Of a stretch of DNA of 64,000 nt, positions 53,661-64,000 are shown piece after piece. Position 1 is the stretch's first letter, and each line of letters begins with the position of its first letter. Source of the DNA: Botryllus schlosseri. Its lineage: Eukaryota. Where the stretch lies: assembly GCA_051294905.1 (NCBI GenBank), contig CM119371.1, positions 20,524,001 through 20,588,000 on the forward strand. Reading direction: 5' to 3'. The translations under genes and the position numbers were made by a program. The notes under the pieces were generated by a model that was not told the origin of the DNA, did not search any database, and saw only the letters and a program-made list of their open reading frames with translations.

Positions 53661-53889
53661 CTTCAGGATTTGATTTTTCTCGTAAGAGACAAGAAAATGT
53701 CAAGGGAAAGGTGCGCGAACTCCCTTAATCGACTATTCACGGACAAAAGTCGAGCTGAAGAAAACAGAGTTTCCAGCGCTAACATAAAGGAAATCTTTTC
53801 GCATGTCGATCTCTATTGTTTGCCAAGGCCGGGAGATATAGTTGCGGATCAAGAGGAGGGGGAGCAGCATGAGCTCCTCGAGGAAGGCG
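53661..53889 (+). CDS. Atlastin-like GTPase exon 6 (G4)
   Basis: ttcttaaag|CTT ... G|gtaaga (ends phase 1). LQDLIFLVRD and IKEIFSHVDLYCLPRPG match the atlastin/GBP LxFLVRD and F...CFxLPxPG motifs. Confidence 0.9.
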
Positions 53890-55405
53890 GTAAGAACAAA
53901 AAGTATTTTGATGCATGGAGCGATTCCCATGTGGTTTCACTAGATCTAATTTGTTCACCCTGTCTTCATGCAATATTTTCACGGTTATTGATTAATCGGC
54001 TTACAGACCAACATTAGAGTACAAAAATAGTCATAACAGGGATCAACATTGCTCCATAAAACAGTTACAAGCCAACGCTATACCTTTTCTCAAGTAGGTA
54101 TATATAATTCACCTTATAATATATACATATGGTACTCTAAACCTACCTTCTCTTGGGCCAATGTAAAGCGCAGAATTTATTGAAGCATGTTTTTTTATTG
54201 GATACTTCTGGCGCTTATCGTTAATCGGGTTATTTGCGCCATGATATTGAAAGTGCTAATGTTCATCAGTGTCTTTGCCTTTATTACTCCTCTAGGGACG
54301 ACTTTCAGCTACTCATCCATTCGCCAGCACGGCACGGCTCACCATCGCTTTGGGCTTTTGCTTTTAAAACACTGCTATGGCAGTGAGGTTGGCGACGAGG
54401 AGCCAAAATAAACCTTCACAGATTGAAGTTGATCAGAATCATGATTCGTACCACTGCCATTGGTGTCGTGACGATATCATTATGTAGGAACATCCATTCC
54501 GTTCTAGTGATATATAACTACGAGCTATCACTGTTAAACAGACGACTCCAACCATTTGATATTTTATACATCGATTATGTCAAGTCTTGCACAGGCTCGT
54601 GCTACAAGTTTTACCAGAAGTATTTACACAATATGACATCATTATACAACTTGAAAACAATTGTAATTGATATTTATTTTAAACACTGTTTAATACATAC
54701 AGCAGAAATGAGTACGCTGCCATTCGATATGTCTGTTTAATTGTAAGAAGTATTTCGCTTTTATCTGCTCAAACAGACATACTTGTTACAATTGGAGAGG
54801 ACTGGGGTTTACAAATTTTTCGCCCAACCTCTGACGGAAGCAGGGCTATGGACCTACCATCTCAAAATTATAGTTAGCCAGCACTATTCCGTTTCAAACT
54901 GTACGGAGGTTCATCCTCGCTGATAAGTAGGCTAGATAGGTCATTCGCGCAATGAACAATCGAACAGCATGCCAGTAAACATGTCTAGAAGTCGGGTTTT
55001 CGACGAATCAAAACAAGTGTTTGTAGTCGTAAAAAACGCATCAAAAAGCCGAGATTCGGGTTTGCATATATATCCGGGCTTGAAACAAGAGTCCGGCTAT
55101 AAGCATAGCGGAATGATTAAATCACAAAACCAACGTCGATAAAGCATTAATAAATTTAGTCTGGTGATTGCGCAGCTATCGGATGATATCTAGCTTGATT
55201 TTGGAAATAATCGTTTTCATTTCAATCCTGTATTTTCGAGTAAACATTTAATGCAAAATAAACAGTCGTGATTTTACAAGACAGGAAAAGAGTAATTCAT
55301 TGCAATCACATGTATGTTTGATATCATTATAATCGATTACTATTACAGATCTCTACCTATAAAAATAAAGTAGTCATTCTGCTTACAACAATTATCTCGT
55401 TTTAG

Positions 55406-55605
55406 ATATCAAAAAGGAATTTCTAGTATCTGTTGATGCATTTCTGACTGCGACGGTTAGTCCCCTGGAACGATTGCAGCCAAAGTTCAGGAATAACCGC
55501 CGTCCCATTAAGATACGTGATTTGTATAAACTGATGATAGTATGTGACGATAAATTCGAGAGCTCCATGGTGGACGGACGTATTGAAGGAAAAGATATTA
55601 AAGAC
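55406..55605 (+). CDS. Atlastin-like GTPase exon 7 (end of G domain)
   Basis: gttttag|AT ... GAC|gtaaga, phase 1 to 0. DIKKEF...SPLERLQPKFRNNRRPIKIRDL resembles atlastin DIDEDF...[20 protein letters not shown]. Confidence 0.85.
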
Positions 55606-56100
55606 GTAAGAAGAATATGTTTTTGCTGTTTTAGTATCAATGGTGTTCCGACGACAATGGTCAGTTAGCCTACACCTGATTGATATTCTTTGTTATGAAT
55701 TCGATTCTGCCGAATTGTAGCACGGCTTAATTCAGTGGTTCTCAGCAGGGGTCCACGAAACCACTAAATTTACAACATGATCAATCACCAATATGTTTTT
55801 TCCCATCTATATGGTAGAATTCTTTTATATTTTCTTAGATATGAGATGAAACAGTTTGCCTGAAACTAAAACATGAGGACTAACATCAGTAAAATCGCCG
55901 TTTGTGATAAAATATACTGCTATGGAAACTCATTCTCATTGCGTGTAATCTAATAAATTATTAAAGCATAATCTCCCGCTGGGTCAGAGCACAGATTTGA
56001 ACTCAAAGCTGATGTCCGAAGCGTCTTCGCTATAGTACCTCAGCAGTACCTCGGGGTCAACGTAGTGATGGGTAGTGATGGCAGAAGATAGCCTATAGCC

Positions 56101-57283
56101 CATGGATGGGCAAACTACGGCCCGCGGGCCGCATGCGGCCCTGTACACCGTTCTGTGCGGCCCGCGAGATTCTGAAGAAATTTATTAAAAATATTGATAA
56201 AATGCGTACTAAAAATCGAAGTAATGTAGGGACTTGATTAAACTTTTTATTAGTATATTTCACTATGATAATCATAATGCAGTGGTTCTCAAAACTGGGG
56301 GCTCACCCACCTTGGGGGCGTCAAAGCATCTGAAGGGGGGCGCCAAGCTGAGCTCAACTGAAAAAATTTTTTGCGCTCCGCGCGATTTACATTGCGTTCA
56401 TCTTTTTTGCTCTGTATTTAGTCTGAATTTCACATTGAAAAATCTCTCATCCACAGTCGTAGCCTTCAATGCCATCAAACTATCCGTTAGGTTTGCTAGC
56501 ATCTTGGTTGTGTTTTGTGACATGACGATGAGGGGAACGCGAAAGCTTTTATCATCATAAAGGGGGCCGTGTCTTAAAAAGTTTGAGAACCACTGTTGTA
56601 ATGTAAATATACTTCCTATATTATTTTTTATGTTTAATTTCTGTCGCGATAGCCCGATATCAAGGCGCACGCAGTTTGAAAGGTTTCTACTGCTAAAAAT
56701 CACAGAAATCTAAACGAGATTGACAATTGGGATCACGAGTATGATTTAAGATTGGTCACCTCAGTATTTATTATTTCAGTGATGTGCTTATAAAAAACGA
56801 TTGACGCGTGTCTTAGGTAGATTCGCTCTCTGTATGCGTAGAATTGGGGTATTTATATTTTATCTGCGCATAGTAGAAGCGTGTTTGAAGCTAACATGGT
56901 TATGATGCTGTCAGCATTGTGCGTCCTGGAACTGAACCAAAAGTGGAATTAGTAAATCTATGAACAGATCGCTGCTCACTGATTTAAATTTCAATCCTGT
57001 TCTAAGAATCGAGACAACCGACTTTCATCTCTATAGTTTTGACAAATTGGTTATTGAGGTCCAGCGGCCTATGAAATCTCGCCACTGTTTCTGAAGCGTG
57101 TACGTTGTACGATATCATCAAAGCAATGTCTGGATTGGCATATATATTATCTCCGTGTCCTCACCATATAATTAAATACCAATATTGAGTTTTGGTTTAG
57201 AATCCCAATTTTATATAGAGCGGCCCGCGAATGAATTCAGATGTTGAATGCGGCCCGCGAGCTCAAAAGTTTGCCCACCCCTG
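56101..57283. mobile_element. hAT MITE with nested MITE 56280-56595
   Basis: TGGGCAAAC/GTTTGCCCA termini, perfect TSD ctatagcc. Confidence 0.85.
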
Positions 57284-58652
57284 CTATAGCCCGTCCCTTT
57301 TGCATCTCCATCGTCCCTGGCTGATCTACCCTCCATCTCGCCAACGGGTAGTCATATGGATTCAACTTGATTTCACTTTAGAGATGTTTTGTTGGAATTT
57401 GTGGAAAATATGGAAGTTAGGAAAAGAAAGATTAATCAGGGTAACTTCGGAATCGTTGAGAAATTTTCTGGGTTTGGCGCAGTGAGTCAAAGGAATTCAG
57501 TAAACATTTAGAGTCGTTTGAAAAAGAATACCGGGTATATTTCCCTTATTTTTTCCGATTTTCGAGCATTGTAATATCATAGTGAAATCCAAAAGTGTCG
57601 CCGTAACGAGTTATTATTCTATTCACAGCCACGTAAAGCGAATTCCGGGTTTTCGTATGAATTGAGAAACGGGTGTCAGTATATCTATGAAACCTTAAAT
57701 GCCATTTCGTATGGGGACGTTGTGTGGCGATGCCATATTTAGGGAATCCGAAAAGAGGAAAATTTCTTAATTTTTTTGGACTTCATTTTATTTGTAGTTA
57801 GTAGTGGGTTTACCAAAAAAAAATCATCACTTTGATTCGACTACCGAATTTCCCACTTTTCTCAGTAATGTCTGGGTGTTGACTAAAAAAGGTCTTTTTT
57901 CTTGCTCAACTCCCTGACCAAACCTACTTAAAGTGCGATTTATTGGCGAATAGAATCTATCTTTCGAATCGATCGTGTATTGCTAATTTAAACGCCAACC
58001 CGACATCAGAGTTTGTTAAATAGATGTATATCAGGGGCGGGCAACTTCTCCAGTCGGCGGGCCGGATTTCTGAATCGATGCAATAAATACGTATTTATCC
58101 ACCTATGCAAGGATTAATCGTATTTAATGGAAATTTTAAGTTTGAAGCATAGAAAACAGAACAGTATTCAATGAATTTATTGGTGTAATGTATTTCAATA
58201 GCTGTTGAAATCAATGAGACATCTGTTGTCGATTAAAGTTGTGAGCAGGTACTTTGAACTCTCGCTGCATGTCGCACACAAAGGAAACAAACAGACTATA
58301 GAATGCCTGAAAGTCAGTATTATTTGCTCCACTCTTGCACTCCAATCACACACACACGTTCGATATTAAACCTTTACCATCATTTAACGAAATAGTCCAG
58401 TAGTGCGGGATTGCGGTACACTTTGACCGTATGGGACACATTACCATTTACGGCCGGAATCTCTCTACGCGCTGCTCAAAATCACGTCGCTGGCTGGATC
58501 CGGCCCGCGGGCTGTATGCTGCCCGTCCCTGTTGTTGTAGATGATACTTCATGTGGAACGATTACCGACTGAAATTTCTACTCAATTGCACGCAGCAATG
58601 ACGATGAATACTTGGTAAAGAATCAAAACAAGACTGTATGAAAATAATGCAG

Positions 58653-58954
58653 GTAACTTTGTTGAGCAATGATTTTGGAATGAGGTGTTGGCACGGGGAA
58701 AGTCGGATGTTCAGTAATCATAACAAAGAGAATCTGTCAGCTGTAACAGTGTCATACGGCGAATATAGTCGGAACATTGGTAAATTCTTAAATGAAACAA
58801 AAATATGACATCTCGCATTTAAACTGTTAACAACGCCGCTGCTAAATACTTTTGAGTGGATGTTGTATTTGGGATAATATTACAGGGAGAAGACCGAGTG
58901 GCATATGAAAGAAAGTATGAACAGCTGTATGAAGAATTCGTTGACACGATCCAG
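58653..58954 (+). pseudogene. Disrupted candidate middle-domain (three-helix bundle) exon of the GTPase gene
   Basis: NKENLSAVTVSYGEYSRNI resembles atlastin EANNLAAVAGARDTYCKSM, and LYEEFVDTIQ|gtaggg ends it. Contains in-frame TGA and TAA and needs a frameshift (302 nt); the acceptor is weak. Confidence 0.4.
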
Positions 58955-59077
58955 GTAGGGATATAGTATTTTATATAAAGTCCAACAGAATAAGAATGAA
59001 AAAGCAAAATTGGATAAAATTTACTATGAACCTTATATTGAACCACTTCCATATGTTTTCCTGGCTTCAACCTTTAG

Positions 59078-59287
59078 TTGCATGATAATGTCATTTCACG
59101 CAATCAGAAAGTGGAGGATAGCTTCTGGAAAAGATATACACAAGCAAATATACGATTAAGCTGGAATGAAATTGTCTGTATATGTGATATTATATTAGGA
59201 ATATGGATAGGAATATATATGAATATTCATTTATGGAAGGCGAATAACACGCACGCTATACCCAGTCAACAAAAGTGTGTACATTAG
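59078..59287 (+). CDS. Candidate terminal exon with hydrophobic segment
   Basis: cctttag|TTG, phase 0, open for 69 codons with hydrophobic IVCICDIILGIWIGIYMNI. The stop TAG overlaps the start of a MITE. Confidence 0.4.
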   Translation: MHDNVISRNQKVEDSFWKRYTQANIRLSWNEIVCICDIILGIWIGIYMNIHLWKANNTHAIPSQQKCVH

Positions 59288-60235
59288 GGCTCTTCAAAAA
59301 TGACTTTTTTTTTCAAATCGTACTGGCTACTCGATAAAATTGTTAGGTTACCTAATTCCAGCCTACACCCCAAATTTTGTTCAATACCAACCAGTAGCCG
59401 CATTGCTACAGGAGAGGAAAGTTTCTAAATATTATAAAAATATAAATAAACAAACATTTGAAAATTTTCCGTTCACCCCATGAAAGTGTTGGGTGGTCTA
59501 TAGAAGAGATATTTACCACTTTTGGTTGAATTCCAACCAGTGGAACCGTAGAAAAATTTGGATTATGAATAAAATAGTATTTACGGTGACGACTTCTTTA
59601 ATTATAATTTTAGTGGTGCCCACCGTAAATACTATATTATTCAAATCCAAAATTTTCGACGGCAATAACTGCGCTTCCACTGGTTGGAATTGAACCAAAA
59701 TTGGTGAACATCACTTCTATAGACCACCTAACAATTTCATGGGGTGAACAGATAATTTTCAAACGTTTTGTTATTTATATTTTTATAATATTTAAAGCGA
59801 TGTTCACCAATTTTGGTTCAATTCCATGCGAACCGTTCGATATCACTAAAAAGTTCTAAAACTTGGGGTTGACATGACATCAAATGGAAACTGAGCAGGC
59901 ATCGCAATGACTTGGACTCGGACTCCAGTCATATTACCCACTCGGACTCGACGCTCTGCTCGCTGACTTGGGCCCGTATTCAAAAACACGTCTCTATCTC
60001 AAACTCAAGTCGTGCTCAACGGAGCACAGGCTGAGTCCAGCACAATTGGAGAGAGCGTTTGGTATTCGGTTAGGATTTCGAGCATTGCTCATTTTTGAGT
60101 TTTTACTCAATATATTTGACAGCTGCTGACTGCTTGCAGACGTCTCTAGTTTTGTTAATTGCTCGCGATCTGCCAATCCGTGGGTTTAGATGGAATGTTG
60201 GTGGCCCAGTATTGCCTTCAATTACCTCGACACAC

Positions 60236-61856
60236 CAGTGTTGGGATCAAGTCACTACTTTCGAGTCACGAGTCATCTCGAGTCATTGCACATTTTGACT
60301 CGAGTCAAGTCAAGTCAATCGATTTTCGAATGTGACTCGAGTCAAGTCAAGTCACTGGATTAGAGGTGACTCGAGTCAAGTCGAGTCAAGTCAAGTCAAG
60401 TCAAGTCAAGTCAAGTCAAGTCAAGTCAAGTCAAGTCAAGTCACGAGTCAAGTCCCAATTCAAGTCAAGTTGCCTTTTCTAAGCATAAAACATGATTATG
60501 TCATTGTATTTTGCTATCCATCTTAAATAAAGATTGAGTAATTATATATTCTGAACAGATGAACGAATATTGAGTTGAATATACACGCGAGAAGGCGCTG
60601 TATCGCTTACAGTAAGTGCGGAGTGGATCGACAAATTCTATGGTGCGACTCCGATCCGGTTTTTCAATTCTCTGGTCCGGCTCCGATCCGGCTCCGGCCA
60701 AAATTGAAAACGTCCGGCCGGAAATCCGGCCCTACACGTTACGGGGGTTCCGTGAATTTATAAATATGGCTATTTTATTTTCGCACTTGCTTGACGGTTA
60801 CTAGCGTGTGGTTGGTTGGTTGGTAGTTTGAGTTACAAAAGTCATTCTTATGCATAAAGATTCTGGCCTTATCAAACAAGTACTGATCCGGCTCCGGTCG
60901 TATCAGAAAAAGTACTGATCCGGCTTCGATCCGGTCCGGCCAAAATTGAAAAAAATCCGTCCGGATATCCAATCCTGCTCCGGCCCCTGCTCCGCAATAA
61001 CATACACGTACAACTGTGGCGAGATAGCGCAGCGGTATAATTCGCGGCTGCAACTCCAATGGGTGCGGGTTCGAGTCCGATCGAGGTCGACTTCCGAATT
61101 CCGATACCTAAGTGTAGGAGGTTTACCTAGGCTCCTCCTCACTACCTCATCCGCGTCAGCGGTGTATTAAAAAAGTCTAGAGGTGGGCGTGCTATAAGTC
61201 GGCAGTTACGGAAAATAAGAAGAATATCGACCTGGTGTAAATGACCACAGTAGTCGACAAACACCTTGAATTGCCCAAAAATCAAACAAACTGTTAAACT
61301 ACGTAAGTAATTGCATACCATATCAGTTAATAGTTACCAGCCGAAATAGAGAATGGAGAAACGAATTGATAGAGGCAATACATTACTCAATACTCATTGA
61401 CAAATTGATATGATACAATTCGAGCCTGCGTCAATGGTTGAGGACTGTATATAAACTATATTCGAATTCAATTTCAATCAAACAAAAGATTTGGTTAAGG
61501 TGAGAACAGAGAACACAGATAGACATTCAGCTAATAAATTACTTTACTTTACCAGTTTACGACAACATAACCTGTAAGCTTCGATCGCTTCGTTTGCGGT
61601 CGATTTCGTTGTGAGAGAACATTGGAGGCTCAGCAAAGCGCACGATCATTGCATGATTGGTCGCTCTCATTGGTTACACCAGGGTTTCATGACTTGAAAA
61701 TGACTCGTGAATTTTGCTCCGAGTCAAGTCAATCCACATTTTTGATACGCCGAGTCAAGTCAAGTCAAGTCATTTTAGCAAAGTGACTCGAGTCAAGTGA
61801 AGTCACACGAAAAAGGTGACTCGAGTCAAGTCATGACTCGAGTCATCCCAACACTG
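60236..61856. mobile_element. hAT MITE with GACTCGAGTC/(TCAAG)n arrays, containing a nested ATCCGG-family MITE and a SINE
   Basis: TIR CAGTGTTGGGAT, perfect TSD cgacacac. Confidence 0.92.
61017..61260 (+). mobile_element. tRNA-derived SINE (related subfamily)
   Basis: A box TAGCGCAGCGG, B box GGTTCGAGTCC, shared ggaggttt...ggctcctc and gctataagtcggcag blocks. Confidence 0.65.
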
Positions 61857-63114
61857 CGACACACTATATTAGGATTCTACACTGGTGCTATGTATAATCA
61901 CTACCCATACTATCAACATAGCTCATTTCAAATCGGTAAAGATGTATAATATCTTCCAAACTCAATAACAATTTACGGACTATATAACATACTGTAGTAG
62001 CCAAAGCAAATATTGTCCAATAATGAGACATCCGACTTCATCCTCAAGTCTTCAGGCATAATCACAAGTTATTTTTTGGATTACTGATGATGTGCAGTGG
62101 TACCGCTTTGTGGAAATTTCCGCCATACACGGGGACAGACGGTTTTGTTAACAGTATTGCGATGATCTAACATTGCGTGCATTCATAAAGCGCAAGGTCA
62201 TCTACCATTGGGTTTTTCATTTGTCTGCTGAGCCGCTGTATTGTCTGCCGCATCGCCGCGGATTCGGTATTTGTTAGGATTGGAAATCGCTATTGTATAC
62301 AACAGCGTGCGTGTGGTTTTTCGGTAACATCCATCCTTCCTTTGTTTCTACATATCTTGATGCCAAGTTTTATATTTAAATGATAAATCAGAACGTTGTG
62401 AAAAATTCCCGCTTTTACGAATCTATTGGAATCATTTATGATGAAAAACGTCCGCCGATTTGGGAATAGCCTACGCAGCCAACGATAAAGCCATGCAGCG
62501 CTAGAACATGATTTCCTTTTTACAGCATTTCCACATATCACAGTTGAAATTGAGAATTCAGGCACCAAACATGTTCACAGCGCGATTTACATAATATGTT
62601 CGAGGCAAAACCGGAAAAAGTGAATGAGTAAGACTTCGAGTCTGCTCACGGCTTGACTTGGAAAACGTTTGATCAAACGCCGCATTTTCAGATCATATGC
62701 AATCTCAGATCGTCACTGAATACCATAACCACAAAAGTATAACTCGAAAGAGCGCCATCTTGATCCATATTACCTGGCGTATAGGAGTTTCAAGTTATAC
62801 CTGGATAAGCGGAATGGGGCATTGAACCAATATCTGATAGTAAATTTGAATGTTTATTGTTCTTGCCATATCCTGCAGCTTGCATCCAATATGTGTCTGA
62901 AATATCCTCGGATGATTGCATCCTCTAACCAAAATGGCTGAAAGCATCGGCCTAGATTGATACCAGTGACTTTTCCCCTAATATTTCAATTGACCACTTG
63001 GCTATATAACTTATTATATAATAAAAGTGTGGATTTCGTTATGGTATTGAAATTAGAAAAGCAATATGGCTCAACTCGTGAAAATTTGCATATTTTGGGC
63101 ATAGGTCGTAGACG

Positions 63115-63830
63115 CAGAGGTCGGGAACCTATGGGTCGCGAGCCATATATGGCTCTTTGACAAATTTTTATTTTTGTACTGAATTGATCAATATTGCAGC
63201 AACTTGTTAATAAATTTTCATCACGACCAGAATAATTATTCCCGTGGCAGTAGGAACATATCTTTGAGAGGCGAAGGCAATGCCGTCATCAGGCTTGGGG
63301 GCTTGAACTCTTTTCAAAATCCTCAAATTTAAGTTACTCTCGCGCCGACAACCAATATCACTCGCGAATTCGAGGTAGCCAACCCGACTTGAAATCTTGG
63401 ATTGATCAAAGAGAATAGCTGACATGGAGACACCAATATGACAACACAGTTTTCAAATACACATTGTCTTCCTGATCTACGGCGCGAAATGAACTACCAT
63501 GGACGTGACATTCACAATTATTAACTCGAATTACAAACAACGCCATCGCTATCCAGTACGTTCTTGTTTGGCAAGTAGCTCTACCGGCGATAAAATAGGC
63601 GTGTAGCGCAACGTGATATGTTACGGCTGAATACTTTGAGGATTGGGAAGTCGATCAGTATTTAGATTTCCGGAATCAGTGCGACAGTTACATTGTATAA
63701 ATATCAGTTATAATAAATTCTAAGCTATTTACGATGAATTATTTTATCAATGGTGATCGAGGCTTGGCTGGTCCGTGCCTTACCTCTCATTTTGCGCCTT
63801 ACTTTCGAATAATAAAATGCAAATTGTGTG
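63115..63830 (-). mobile_element. Same family as 5225-6362, inverted and partial
   Basis: CAGAGGTCGGGAACCTATGG end and reverse-complement internal similarity. Confidence 0.8.
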
Positions 63831-64000
63831 AATTTGGTAGAAAAATGTTCAAAATCTAGTCATTCATGAACATCAATAGAAAATACCAATAGTAATTGAA
63901 GGTTTCAAAATCATCGTTAACAGCTTATATTGGGTAGGCCTATGAATAGATTGGTATAGTGGCCATGTTTGGCTCCACCTACGCATGTGATCATGGGTTC

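Noticed and set aside
54187..54740. Hydrophobic ORFs in intron 6
   Set aside because: No motif, and exons 6 and 7 join in frame without them; probably AT-rich chance ORFs.
61017..61085. Genuine tRNA gene
   Set aside because: No clean cloverleaf or terminator; it continues into a body shared with other SINE copies.
62050..62720. Possible second Buster-type transposase fossil (also VTTDAC near 25520)
   Set aside because: The motif echoes are too weak and stop-ridden to call without a translated search.

Overview
This is AT-rich eukaryotic (metazoan) DNA. GT-AG introns and the transposon repertoire suggest a marine invertebrate; a tunicate is only a guess. One host gene can be built by hand: a GB1/RHD3-type (atlastin/RNF112/GBP-like) GTPase on the + strand. 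Seven phase-compatible exons between 36772 and 55605 give 367 open codons with G1 GPTRQGKS, G3 DTRG and G4 FLVRD. They are followed by an apparently broken middle-domain exon and a candidate membrane-anchor exon (59078-59287). Nearly everything else is transposon-derived: many hAT MITE families with 8-bp TSDs, a 12.6-kb CMC/EnSpm-type element nested in a hAT MITE nested in another MITE, and Harbinger, Buster, Penelope, L2/Crack, I/Nimb and NeSL/R2-like remnants, plus tRNA-SINEs. The most unusual object is a 4.1-kb P-superfamily element (44754-48860) with long inverted ends and two convergent genes. One is a THAP transposase that seems to stop shortly after the catalytic region. The other is a separate ~304-codon ORF resembling the P-transposase C-terminal domain. 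There is also a near-perfect 558-bp inverted duplication flanking 5.9 kb. All family assignments come from motifs read by eye, with no database search; boundaries without TSDs are approximate.
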